64,000 bases of DNA from an uncultured archaeon (lineage in GTDB: Archaea > Asgardarchaeota > Thorarchaeia > Thorarchaeales > Thorarchaeaceae), in contig CAYWJO010000010.1 in the NCBI GenBank assembly GCA_964458565.1, positions 1 to 64,000 of the forward strand, given 5' to 3'. The notes beneath the pieces are model-generated. The model saw only the letters and a list, made by a program, of their open reading frames with translations. It was not told where the DNA came from and made no database searches. Each line of letters opens with the position of its first letter. Within the stretch, counting starts at the first letter, position 1. A program made the translations under genes and the position numbers. Positions 19,614 to 29,433 of this stretch are shown here, one piece after another.

Positions 19614-21464
19614 TTATTCCTCAATGAGTTTGATCCATTCTGGAACTTCTAAGTCCTGCTCGTCAAGAATAAACATCCATGATGTGACCATCTGGTCTTC
19701 ACCTGTCTGAACAGGACGACCAAATTTGTTTTTAGAATAAAAATCTTGAGCAGGCGCGTTTTTCTTTGTTGGAATGAATTCACCCTCTATTGCTTGAACT
19801 TTAGCATCACGAGCATCAGATATTATCTTTGATAAGAAAGAGGTTTCAACTGACCGTCCTATTACCCTACAACTCATTAAGAAAGAATCAATGGTCCATT
19901 GACCATCATTTTTGCGGACTATTGCAACACCAACTATACCCTCGTCACCAAATTTGTCCTTTACGGACATGCAATAAACTGCTGAATCTTCAGCATCTCT
20001 AAGGTTTCTCGTTTCTGCTTCAGTATATCGACGGGTTGTCAGATTGAATTGATTCGTCTTCCCAATCAATTGAACAACCCGTGGTAAATCAAAATCTGTC
20101 GCCTCACGTACGGTAACTTCTAAATCAAGCGTTCGAAGGAAGTCTTCTAAAGACCCAGCACTCTGTTCTAGTTCCAAACGCATTCTCTTGCCAACGTACA
20201 TATCACCACGTTCTATGTCTTCTTTAGTAAGAGAAAGGACATCGAATACATTCAGGTTCTCAAGTGTTTGTCTATAGAGATTTGGATTCTTTGGTAAATC
20301 AACAACCATTACATCAGGAAGTGCCTGTCGAACTTGCTCGCGTTCATGAGGATTATCATCAAGGAATACAATAGAGTCAAGACCAATATTGATTTCATTT
20401 GCTAGCTCAATCAGGTTTTGGACCTTTGTCTGCCAATTTATTCTGAAAGCTGCAAAATGATTCTCACGAAGAACCTGGTAGGGATGATCGTGAATGACCT
20501 CAATTGCATCATTGAAATTATTCTTACTATTAATAGCTAGAATGACTCCTCGATTGTACAAGCTTAAGAGAACTCTCTGAAAGTCAAGATATTCAACACC
20601 GGGAGATGTAGTACCAAGTTTAATTCCGTCCATGCCATCCTCACCAATGACACCACCCCATAGTGTATTATCCAAATCAAGCACTATGCATTTCTTCGTG
20701 AGCCCTTTCAGAGCACGGATGTAGCGCATATATTCATCAGCTAGTTGCAGTGTGAAATCCTCGCTGAATGAAACAGATCCTCGATAGTAAGTATTCCAGT
20801 TCACCATCTTCGATTTTCCAAATGAGGAGGCTACTGTATCTACATCAACAACTTGCACTCTATCTGACTTGAGGAATGTATCTTCAAGAAATTGATTTGC
20901 TGTTCTAAAGAACTCCCTTATGCCTAAACTCTGTTTTCCGTCAACAATACCAAACGGACTGAAATGAGGTATCACAAAATTATTCACAAGAATCAATGCC
21001 TTGGATTCTTTCTCAAGATTCTTCACCACTGATACTACTTCATTTACCATGTGTTTTAGCTTCGCCTCGCGCTCCTTTTCGTTCATTCTAGGATAATTTG
21101 AAATGAATGAGTCTTCAAGGACTGACCAACCATCAACTGAGAGTATAACAATATCAGGTGCAAATCTGAAGAGTTCTGAGTTCTTGTCAAGTCCTTCTTG
21201 TCGAAATGTATTGAACCCACCAATCCAAGTTTCAGGAGATAAATTCTCCAAACGGGACTTGATTGAAATACAGGCAGCAAGGGGCTCAAGAGTTGATGAA
21301 CCAATGACAGCTAAACGCATACTCTGTTTCTCATCCGTGGAGGCGGCAGGGGATAACTGCTCAATCTTCTTGAAGGCACTCCAATGGCTAAGATATGTAG
21401 GATTCTCTCGTACAGCCGCTAGTATCCTCTGAAGTTTGGAATCAATCTCTTCCATAACGCTCAC
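19614..21464 (-). CDS. FkbH-like HAD-IIIC phosphatase / glyceryl-ACP transferase
   Basis: KCIVLDLDNTLWGG, SKNN, INW..K, FLDDNPHER, KTNQFNLTTRRY, DKFGDEG, FLMSCRV. Confidence 0.93.
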   Translation of the reverse strand: MSVMEEIDSKLQRILAAVRENPTYLSHWSAFKKIEQLSPAASTDEKQSMRLAVIGSSTLEPLAACISIKSRLENLSPETWIGGFNTFRQEGLDKNSELFRFAPDIVILSVDGWSVLEDSFISNYPRMNEKEREAKLKHMVNEVVSVVKNLEKESKALILVNNFVIPHFSPFGIVDGKQSLGIREFFRTANQFLEDTFLKSDRVQVVDVDTVASSFGKSKMVNWNTYYRGSVSFSEDFTLQLADEYMRYIRALKGLTKKCIVLDLDNTLWGGVIGEDGMDGIKLGTTSPGVEYLDFQRVLLSLYNRGVILAINSKNNFNDAIEVIHDHPYQVLRENHFAAFRINWQTKVQNLIELANEINIGLDSIVFLDDNPHEREQVRQALPDVMVVDLPKNPNLYRQTLENLNVFDVLSLTKEDIERGDMYVGKRMRLELEQSAGSLEDFLRTLDLEVTVREATDFDLPRVVQLIGKTNQFNLTTRRYTEAETRNLRDAEDSAVYCMSVKDKFGDEGIVGVAIVRKNDGQWTIDSFLMSCRVIGRSVETSFLSKIISDARDAKVQAIEGEFIPTKKNAPAQDFYSKNKFGRPVQTGEDQMVTSWMFILDEQDLEVPEWIKLIEE

Positions 21465-21916
21465 TCGTCTGGCAGTATTTCACGCACAACTTCGTTTAGT
21501 AGTTTCTGTGTTGACATTGAAACATCCAAATCATTCTCATCAAATATGAGAACTACTGCTGCTGCATATTCAGAGGTGTGGGAAAGACTAAGTGATATTT
21601 TAAGTTTGGACGAATCTGGTAGGTGAATCTGAGGTGCTCCTATTTCATCACGAAGCACCTCAATCATCTGCATTCCGAGTGGCGTTTCTGCGTTCAAAGC
21701 TTTAACTACTGCTTCTTTACCAGCGAAAGTCACGGCAAGATGAGGTGCAGGATCACTATATCTGTAACAATAGTCTATTTCACGTTCGGAGAAGACCCGC
21801 GTAACGAATTGTGAACCTTTAGATAATCCTCTAAATCGCTTTATTTCGGTAAGGTCTGCACCAATACTGAATTTTGGATGAGATGGGATTTCATTCACCT
21901 GTTGTCGGGATATCAC
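21461..21916 (-). CDS. acpS: holo-[ACP] synthase (phosphopantetheinyl transferase)
   Basis: IGADLTEIKRF, FSERE, FAGKEAVVKAL, GAP, SLSHTSEYAAAVV. Confidence 0.9.
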   Translation of the reverse strand: MISRQQVNEIPSHPKFSIGADLTEIKRFRGLSKGSQFVTRVFSEREIDYCYRYSDPAPHLAVTFAGKEAVVKALNAETPLGMQMIEVLRDEIGAPQIHLPDSSKLKISLSLSHTSEYAAAVVLIFDENDLDVSMSTQKLLNEVVREILPDE

Positions 21917-21945
21917 AGTGGAGCTCTTCTTATAATGCTAGTGAA

Positions 21946-23280
21946 TCATCGCCAAGTTTGTTTAACATTGGACTTGACTAGGTAGAAAATGACTCCGACA
22001 ATAATTATGAGCGAACCAATTCCACTGATGATAATCATAGTACTTTCCATTACATAGATTGGAGCATTAATACTATCGACCGTTTGAATTGATGTGGTAC
22101 CATAGTTACCAAATTCATCAATCGCGACAACCAGATATTGCACAGACGTATTGTACCCAGGCCATGGAATTACTGCTTGCCAAAGAGTGTCTGAAAGGTA
22201 AGTCATGGATTTATTGAAGGGGGTCGTTGCCCATTCATCGAATGAATAGAATAGTAAAACTTCCTGAATCGCACTTTCATCCTCAATTGTGGCACTGACA
22301 GTAATGGAACCCCCAGCTTGAAGTGGACTATTCTGTGCAGTAATAACTGGTGCATTAGATTCATGAATATGAGAAAATCCAAATTCAATAACATTTGCTA
22401 CATAGTTCATTCCATCGAGCGTAACATCATAGTATTCTTCTGTACACATCGGCATATAGTCAGCATAAGGTGAAGCACCTGAAACCACGAGAACACTGTC
22501 GCCATCTAAACCCATTCCAAATTCAATAGTACAACCAACAAATGCGCCTTCATCGCCATCATCGTGCGCAAAAGGAGGAAGAAAATCAGAGTCTAAAATT
22601 GCCGCAGACTGGTTATAATATAGAATCGGATAGACATTGGATATTGTTGTAGTTTCGAGAGGGACTGCATTTGCATTCTCTCCAGGAGAGGCACTATTAC
22701 TACCATAAAGAAGTGTGGGTCCATGAAGTAGTATTTTGTTTACACCTTCTCCGATTTGAACCACCACAGGATTCGAACTAGTACCGGTTGCAACAACACG
22801 ATATGAGGCTACGCAGTTTGATATTGGATCATATACAGAGGTTGGTTCCCCATAGACATGTGAACCGATTGTTTCAAGAATCGTTGTCATGTTATCATTG
22901 ATGTAAGTATAACCACCATAGTCCGAGTCATACCCTATCCACATGAATTTTCCACCAAAATTATACCATACAGATATAGCAGCAATCTCATCTAAAGTAA
23001 ACCCATTCTCAATACCATAGATGGAGCCTATGATTAAACCATCAGCAACTGAGAGTATACTAGTATTAAGTCCACCTTTCGCGAAGATCACGGTATGGCC
23101 AAGAGAGGTGAGCTGATCGGCAAGCTGAGCATCAAGATTGGCTACATAGGAGCTATATTGGCCATGAGAATAATCAAAGACAATAGTTTTCTGTTCAATA
23201 TCAGGAGCTATCACGCATTCTGGAAGAATCCCAATTATCAAAAGTGAACCAATTAATATCAGGCTAAGACGGTACCGCAA
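21946..23280 (-). CDS. membrane-anchored surface protein with GIFT/GldG-like N-domain and Ig-like domain (paralog 1)
   Basis: Signal peptide, IVFDYSHGQ, GGKFMWIG.DSD, C-terminal TM helix plus basic tail. Confidence 0.6.
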   Translation of the reverse strand: MRYRLSLILIGSLLIIGILPECVIAPDIEQKTIVFDYSHGQYSSYVANLDAQLADQLTSLGHTVIFAKGGLNTSILSVADGLIIGSIYGIENGFTLDEIAAISVWYNFGGKFMWIGYDSDYGGYTYINDNMTTILETIGSHVYGEPTSVYDPISNCVASYRVVATGTSSNPVVVQIGEGVNKILLHGPTLLYGSNSASPGENANAVPLETTTISNVYPILYYNQSAAILDSDFLPPFAHDDGDEGAFVGCTIEFGMGLDGDSVLVVSGASPYADYMPMCTEEYYDVTLDGMNYVANVIEFGFSHIHESNAPVITAQNSPLQAGGSITVSATIEDESAIQEVLLFYSFDEWATTPFNKSMTYLSDTLWQAVIPWPGYNTSVQYLVVAIDEFGNYGTTSIQTVDSINAPIYVMESTMIIISGIGSLIIIVGVIFYLVKSNVKQTWR

Positions 23281-23368
23281 CAGCCCACCTCAATCTAACT
23301 TTTCTGCTTTTCTTAATATATTAATTGTACTATTTATGAGTACATAAAGTAATGCTCTTGGAGAGAAT

Positions 23369-24757
23369 TTATCCTCCTCGTGATCTACCACGGATATATA
23401 CCACAACTGCAACTATAACAATTGCTACAACAATTCCACCTATGATCAATACTAAACTCAAATCGAATGGAGGTGGTGGTGTTGAAGATGTTTCAGATGT
23501 TGTTGTAGTAGATGTCGAAGTCGTCGTAGTCGCTTCAATACCCATCACTGTGTATATTTCAGATATACCAAAATTCCCATACAAATCAAAGGCGTAGACA
23601 ACATAAGTAATTGGAGTTTCAAATCCGGGCCAGGGGATTGTTCCGGTCCACAAATCTGGTCCAAACTGAGTCATATTGATCATACTCGGAGCAACCAATG
23701 TATCATTGTAAGAATACAATAGTACAACCATGGAAAGACTATTCTCATCCATAACTGTTGCATTCACAAAGAAGGCAGTATTTGCAATTAATGAGCTACT
23801 CTCAAGTGTAACTGACGGAGGATTGGTTTCATGTGCAGATTTGATACCTAAGTCGATTGTCTGCGAAACGAAGGTATTTCCTTGAAGTACCTTATCATAA
23901 TACAAATCATCACACATCGGTCTGTAGTCACCATAAGGACTTGCACCTGAAACTACCAATACACTAGAGTTATCATCACAGAGACCAAATTCGATCGTTG
24001 CGGCAACAAATGCACCCGTATCATCGATGTCATGAGCTATTGGGGGGTCCGGTTCATTGTCAGTTATGACTGCAGACTCATTATAGTATAGTATCGGATA
24101 AACATTCTCAAGAGTAGTATCTTCCATTGCAATCGGATTCACACCTTCACCAGGACTATTTGAAGAACTACCGTAAAGAAGAGTTCCAGCATGCATTAGA
24201 ATGGCTTCAACATTCATCCCCGTACCAGATACTAACGGATTGCTGCTTGTCCCTGTAGCGATAGTGCGATATGCTGCACCTGCATTTGAAATTGGATCCA
24301 GAATAGATGCGGACTCTGGATAAACATGTGAGCCAACACCTTCCAGTATTCGACTCATATTCCCGTTGATAAATGGTCCATCATAATCATTATCGCAGCC
24401 TATCCACATGAACTTACTACCATTATTGAACCATTCAGTTATTGCATCAATCTCAGATTGATCGAATGCATTAGTCGCAGGATAAACCGAACTTACAATC
24501 AGTGCTTTTGCATCTGAAAGGATTGATGAGTTCAACCCACCTCGTGCCCAAACGACTTGGTATCCCAAATTAATGAGAGTTGTTTCTAGAGCTAAATCAA
24601 TATCACTAACTAAATCGTTCTTCTGACCATGAGAGTAATCAAACACAATAATGTTTGATTCTGGTTCATCAGCAAGTGCTAAACCTACAGACGTGGATAA
24701 GAATAAACCAAAGAGTAAGATTCCTAGAACTGAGATTCGCCTCATATTAACCACCAC
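23369..24757 (-). CDS. membrane-anchored surface protein with GIFT/GldG-like N-domain, Ig-like domain and Thr/Ser linker (paralog 2)
   Basis: Signal peptide, IVFDYSHGQ, VLVVSGASPY shared with paralog 1, TTTTSTSTTTTS linker, C-terminal TM helix. Confidence 0.6.
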   Translation of the reverse strand: MVVNMRRISVLGILLFGLFLSTSVGLALADEPESNIIVFDYSHGQKNDLVSDIDLALETTLINLGYQVVWARGGLNSSILSDAKALIVSSVYPATNAFDQSEIDAITEWFNNGSKFMWIGCDNDYDGPFINGNMSRILEGVGSHVYPESASILDPISNAGAAYRTIATGTSSNPLVSGTGMNVEAILMHAGTLLYGSSSNSPGEGVNPIAMEDTTLENVYPILYYNESAVITDNEPDPPIAHDIDDTGAFVAATIEFGLCDDNSSVLVVSGASPYGDYRPMCDDLYYDKVLQGNTFVSQTIDLGIKSAHETNPPSVTLESSSLIANTAFFVNATVMDENSLSMVVLLYSYNDTLVAPSMINMTQFGPDLWTGTIPWPGFETPITYVVYAFDLYGNFGISEIYTVMGIEATTTTSTSTTTTSETSSTPPPPFDLSLVLIIGGIVVAIVIVAVVVYIRGRSRGG

Positions 24758-24807
24758 TAGGCAATAAAATTCAACAAGCCACTATAAAAACCTAGTCGAA
24801 TCAGTAA

Positions 24808-26241
24808 CTAGCCCATCTTTTCAGATGGCTCAAGAACTGCAGTGGACCATGAGTAACGTTCAAGAATTCTATTCAATAGACGCTTAACCTTGAACTGTTC
24901 AGATGTACCAGAATAAGCTAATAATAAAACCAATCCCCCGCGAGTTCGTTTAAATTTCTGATACATAGTCTTGGTCGTGTTAATAGTATCGCATACAACC
25001 ATTACTTCAGCTTGTGGTATATCGAGGTCTCTCTCACCAACAGGTGACATCACTAAGACCCGCTTATCTGAGTCTTCTCGGAATTGTCTCAAGATATCCC
25101 CTTTGTCTTGTGTCTGTCCGGTTATTTCAAGAGTTGCAAGACCTGCTTTTTCCAAAAGAGACTTGATTTGTGATACCATTTCTAAATATGATGTGAGGAC
25201 AAGTGTTTTCTCATGCCTTACTGCAATGTCTAACACCTTAACAGCCTTTGATGAAATGTCAGGTAACACTCGACGTAGTTCACTTACATTGAAGTAATGT
25301 TTGAGATAATCATTATAAAACATCTTCAGAAACTGTTTTGGGGGCATTGCGTATACATATTTTCGAATCATCAAGAGACCTGAGTACTGCCCTTTTAGCT
25401 CGTCATCAACAGGTAGTCGCTCTAAAAGCAAGTGAATTCTTCTTGTATCACCTTCTATAATGTCAAGATTGTCACTTTCTTTTAATTCTCTAACGATTTC
25501 ACTTCGAACATTTCTGATGAGTTCATCTATTACTTTGGATATTGACTGTATCTTGGCATCAAAAACTGTTTCAATCGAGAGGAATGTAGGCTCAAGGTAA
25601 TCGTCAACATCTGTATCGTACAAATCCTCCATCGATAGCACTTGGGAACCTGGGATGAATCTCTGAAGAGTCTTGATTTCTTTGCGAATCTCTAGTTGTT
25701 CATTAGAGAAGACTGCATGGTCATCCCGTAGTGTCCCACTCATTCCAATAAGCCACTTCCCTGACAGAAGTGTCAACAGGGTAGACCAAGGAAATACCAG
25801 AGCAGTTCTAACACTCGTCCTTTTAATTAGAGTGTCCACTTCGTTGATGAGTATAGCATCAATATGCTCAATTAATTCGGGATTTTTCTGCAAAACGCGT
25901 TCCAAAGTTTGTGAAGTCGCAACTATGACTCTTTTTTCTTGGAGCATGACTTTCCTGTAACCAGATGGAATGCGAGAGGATATCTCACCAAGATCATCAT
26001 CGAGACCTCCATATTCCCCTTTCAAGTAATCGACAGTTTCTGCAAGTGATGATGATGAATGAACCACAATGATGAATCGAGCTTCAGGAAACTTCTCTGT
26101 AACCAGCTGATGAGTGATGAATCGTTTTCCAAGCCCACAATCCAATTCGATGAGAAGGTTGGTTCCTTTTAGTGATGCAACTTTATCCAGGATATACTCT
26201 TGGTATCCACGTGGAGTATATTTGGGATTTGCTTCAGTCAT
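24808..26241 (-). CDS. SF2 (Hef/FANCM-like) helicase-domain protein with degenerate motifs
   Basis: Q-motif PRGYQ, LDCGLGKR, INEVD, GMSGT, ERDLDIP; no ERCC4 nuclease domain. Confidence 0.7.
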   Translation of the reverse strand: MTEANPKYTPRGYQEYILDKVASLKGTNLLIELDCGLGKRFITHQLVTEKFPEARFIIVVHSSSSLAETVDYLKGEYGGLDDDLGEISSRIPSGYRKVMLQEKRVIVATSQTLERVLQKNPELIEHIDAILINEVDTLIKRTSVRTALVFPWSTLLTLLSGKWLIGMSGTLRDDHAVFSNEQLEIRKEIKTLQRFIPGSQVLSMEDLYDTDVDDYLEPTFLSIETVFDAKIQSISKVIDELIRNVRSEIVRELKESDNLDIIEGDTRRIHLLLERLPVDDELKGQYSGLLMIRKYVYAMPPKQFLKMFYNDYLKHYFNVSELRRVLPDISSKAVKVLDIAVRHEKTLVLTSYLEMVSQIKSLLEKAGLATLEITGQTQDKGDILRQFREDSDKRVLVMSPVGERDLDIPQAEVMVVCDTINTTKTMYQKFKRTRGGLVLLLAYSGTSEQFKVKRLLNRILERYSWSTAVLEPSEKMG

Positions 26242-26278
26242 CTTATCAGCTCGTTAGGATTGCACTATAATAACACAT

Positions 26279-26680
26279 CTAGAATGCCTTGAAAACCTTA
26301 GCTAAAGAGGGCCCTTTAACATGCATCTTAAACTCGTTGAACATGCCGAATGGTACGATGTGTACATCAAAATCACGGTCTCTTAACCTTTGAGCGGTCT
26401 CTTCGATTATCGAGTCGGCAAACTCAGAATCCGCCTTGCTGTCACCAAGATGCGCAAAAGAGTGGAGAATTATCGAATTGCAGCCCACCTTCTTGCTCAT
26501 CCACTTTATGTTCTTTACCATCTTTCGTAACACAGCAATCTCGTCTGTTTCGTCCTTCTTCTCTGACTGAATCCAAACGAGAATGGATTCGCTGAATTTC
26601 CTAGACTTCGGACTCTTCTCTGAGTCATCGAGATGAGGTTGGAACCAGAATTCCTCAACATGGAACATCAGGAGCCGCAA
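26279..26680 (-). CDS. free-standing archaeal threonyl-tRNA synthetase editing-domain protein
   Basis: MRLLMFH, ILHSFAHL, PFG..NEF..HVKGPSLAKVF. Confidence 0.85.
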   Translation of the reverse strand: MRLLMFHVEEFWFQPHLDDSEKSPKSRKFSESILVWIQSEKKDETDEIAVLRKMVKNIKWMSKKVGCNSIILHSFAHLGDSKADSEFADSIIEETAQRLRDRDFDVHIVPFGMFNEFKMHVKGPSLAKVFKAF

Positions 26681-26828
26681 TTGATATCCTCCAATTCAAT
26701 TCATCATCTCAGTTGTGCCTTTTAAGTCTGGACCAAGTCATAGAACGTTCGCTTTAGAAACAGATATAGAGGCTTGATGATGGCTAACGCCAGACATTGA
26801 TTGAAAGCACGTGCAAGGAGTCCATTTT

Positions 26829-28058
26829 ATGAACTATGACCTTATTATAGCGGGTACAGGCCCAGCCGGATTGATGACAGCAGAACGCGCTGCAGCAAAG
26901 GGATTGAAGACATTAGTTTTAGAAAAGAGAGCATCAGTTACAGATTCCCTTATGGGGGAACTTGTCACTGATAAAGCACTTAGATTCTTGCGAGTGCAAC
27001 CTACTTCAGAATACGTTGGAAACAAATACACATCTATTGTTGGAGAGAGTCTCGATACTGGCGCAAGTATTTCTGTAGGAAAAGGACTTCTTGGAAATTC
27101 ATACATTCTTGGCGAAGATAAATGTCAAGAGCTGATGCGTGATAGAGCACTTGCAGATGGTGCGGAGATCAGGTACAAATCCCGTGTTAAATCAGTAATA
27201 AAAGACGACGGTGTTGTTGTAGGTGTAAAGTACAATAATGATGAAGCTGTAAGAGCAGGACTTACTGTAGGAGCGGATGGCTCGTTCAGCAGGGTTTCAG
27301 AAACTTCAGGCTTCACACATCCTAAGTGGTTACTGAGTTATGGTATTCGTTGGAAGCTTGAAGGATGCAAAGATATTGATCCGGGAGTGGCGTATTTCTA
27401 TGTAGGAAAAGATGTCGGCCTCGGTTATCTCTGGCTGTACCCGAGGAGTGAAACTGAAGTAAATCTAGGAATTGGCCGTGTACCATCCTCTAGAGAGATA
27501 TGGGAAAAACTTCCACCGATGAAAGACGTTCTTGCAAAGTATAAGGAGATATTACCTGGTTTAAAAAATTCCAAGATTGCTTCAATAAATGGGGGTGTTG
27601 TTCCCTGTGCAGGATTGATTCCCAGGTTCAGTGACGCAGGAGTTGCATTATGTGGTAATTCTGCGGGGCAGGTCTCAAGTATTGTTGGCGGTGGTGTTAC
27701 TACATGCTTCCATGCAGGAACTGTTCTAGCGAAACACGCCGCACGAGCAGCTGATGAGAATGACTACTCGAAGAAAAGTATCCAGATGTACGAAAAGGAC
27801 TACAGAAAGAGCAAACTTGCTCACAACATTGTGAATACGGGGAAAGGATTCTGGAGCATCTCCAAGTATGCAATGTTCAATGATCCAATGGAAGCTGCGG
27901 AGATTGTGCTGGACCAATTAGATGCTAGAACATTGAATGCTCTTATTCAAGGTGAAGCAGGGGTGTCTGACATCATGACACTGCTAACTGACTTTTTACC
28001 AATGGTTCTGAGAATCGGTAAGGGCTATCTGAAGAGTCTCGCAGTGAGTGGACTGTAG
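26829..28058 (+). CDS. geranylgeranyl reductase family flavoprotein
   Basis: YDLIIAGTGPAG, VGADG..S, GYLWLYP, NLGIG, GNSAGQV...GGG; start moved to ATG 26829. Confidence 0.85.
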   Translation: MNYDLIIAGTGPAGLMTAERAAAKGLKTLVLEKRASVTDSLMGELVTDKALRFLRVQPTSEYVGNKYTSIVGESLDTGASISVGKGLLGNSYILGEDKCQELMRDRALADGAEIRYKSRVKSVIKDDGVVVGVKYNNDEAVRAGLTVGADGSFSRVSETSGFTHPKWLLSYGIRWKLEGCKDIDPGVAYFYVGKDVGLGYLWLYPRSETEVNLGIGRVPSSREIWEKLPPMKDVLAKYKEILPGLKNSKIASINGGVVPCAGLIPRFSDAGVALCGNSAGQVSSIVGGGVTTCFHAGTVLAKHAARAADENDYSKKSIQMYEKDYRKSKLAHNIVNTGKGFWSISKYAMFNDPMEAAEIVLDQLDARTLNALIQGEAGVSDIMTLLTDFLPMVLRIGKGYLKSLAVSGL

Positions 28059-28069
28059 AAGTGAGTATG

Positions 28070-28135
28070 TGTATGAAGCAAGGAATAGGGTCCGCCCCCA
28101 CCCTATTCCTGCTTCGTGCATCTATATTCGATGCA
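28070..28135 (+). terminator. long stem-loop downstream of the GGR gene (terminator or RNA-stability element)
   Basis: AGGAATAGGGT/ACCCTATTCCT perfect 11-bp stem, extended by GAAGC/GCTTC and G-U pairs. Confidence 0.5.
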
Positions 28136-28399
28136 TATGCCCGGCTGTCTTCGTAGAAACGTTCAGAACGTTATCACGAATAAGCCCCTCAGGATAGAAG
28201 GGCAAGTATACAGTTGACACAAAGCATATAAAAATATGTCATATCGTGAAGTGATATAAAGTTAGTATGTTGGAAGTGAGTTATCAAGTTTGGTTATCTC
28301 AATTCCGCATTCATACATTTCAAGTAAACTTGTGTAAGGCGATGAATTTATCTATCTTGAAAGTACTGCGAACTTGGAGCTATTGAGGGTGATAGTAAA

Positions 28400-29413
28400 A
28401 TGACCGATGACCAAGATGCGGCTGTTAGCCTAGCTAGTATAGGTTTACCTTACGACTCTAGAGCATTGAATGTTCTCGGAGTGATTCTCAGACTAGCTGA
28501 AGAAACCTCACAACCGGCAACGTCGACACAGATTCATGAAGCCATAATTACAGAACAAACAGATACCGAGATTACAAAGACATGGGTTCATCGGGTTATC
28601 AAGAGCCTTCTCGAAACGCATCTTATTCGCAGTGATTCAGAAAAAGCATATAGGAAGAGGTACATGACAGATATCGGTACCATTGTGGTGGGACTTGAAC
28701 ATTTGAAATCTCAAGCCATCATTAAAGCAAGTGAAGAGCAAAAGGATATAGCTGAAAGAATAAGGAAAATCGAAAGCATTGACACAGAACTTATTGGAGA
28801 AAAGATGATAGAAAGTATTACTGGAGTCAAGCAAAGACTGAATTCTAGATTCATCAGAGGATTGGATGAATTTCATCGAGTCACCAATTATTCAATTTAC
28901 CAGATTGCGAAAAAGGGAGATGTAATCAGAAATTGTATGCTTTGGGTGGAGCCATTTCTGACTGAAGATCTACCTCAAAGAATTCAGAGACTAATGGAAG
29001 CCGCTGAAAAAGGTGTAGAAGTGAGATATTTTGTCACAGAGGAATTCACATCAGCGGAACCGTCGATTCTCCAGACGCTGAGCCCAGAAGCGATTCGTCA
29101 CTTCGTAGCTACATTTCTCGATCTGGCAAAATCAGGTAAGAAAATAGAGTTCCGGCTATACAGGGGACCAAAAAACACATACCAATTTGCGAGCCTGAAT
29201 CAAGACCGTATTGCTTTCTTCCTGACATATGACCCCTTAACTGCAGTTTATTTCACTCAAGACTTCAATCCGGATCTCATACGTAATTGTGTATCTACAT
29301 TCGATGAATATTGGGAAGATGCCCCATTGTTCTTTGAATGGATAGCTAGTCATTCCAAAGATGAGAGAGGAGGAGATTTTGCTAGGATAATTGCATCGGT
29401 GATGGAAAAATGA
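28400..29413 (+). CDS. TrmB-like regulator (wHTH, coiled coil, PLD-like effector domain), paralog 1
   Basis: KTWVHRVIKSLLETHLI wHTH; A.KGD.IR, A.EKGVEVR, YQFASLN, F..YW. Confidence 0.65.
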   Translation: MTDDQDAAVSLASIGLPYDSRALNVLGVILRLAEETSQPATSTQIHEAIITEQTDTEITKTWVHRVIKSLLETHLIRSDSEKAYRKRYMTDIGTIVVGLEHLKSQAIIKASEEQKDIAERIRKIESIDTELIGEKMIESITGVKQRLNSRFIRGLDEFHRVTNYSIYQIAKKGDVIRNCMLWVEPFLTEDLPQRIQRLMEAAEKGVEVRYFVTEEFTSAEPSILQTLSPEAIRHFVATFLDLAKSGKKIEFRLYRGPKNTYQFASLNQDRIAFFLTYDPLTAVYFTQDFNPDLIRNCVSTFDEYWEDAPLFFEWIASHSKDERGGDFARIIASVMEK

Positions 29414-29433
29414 ATCATCTTGAATTGGAGTGA

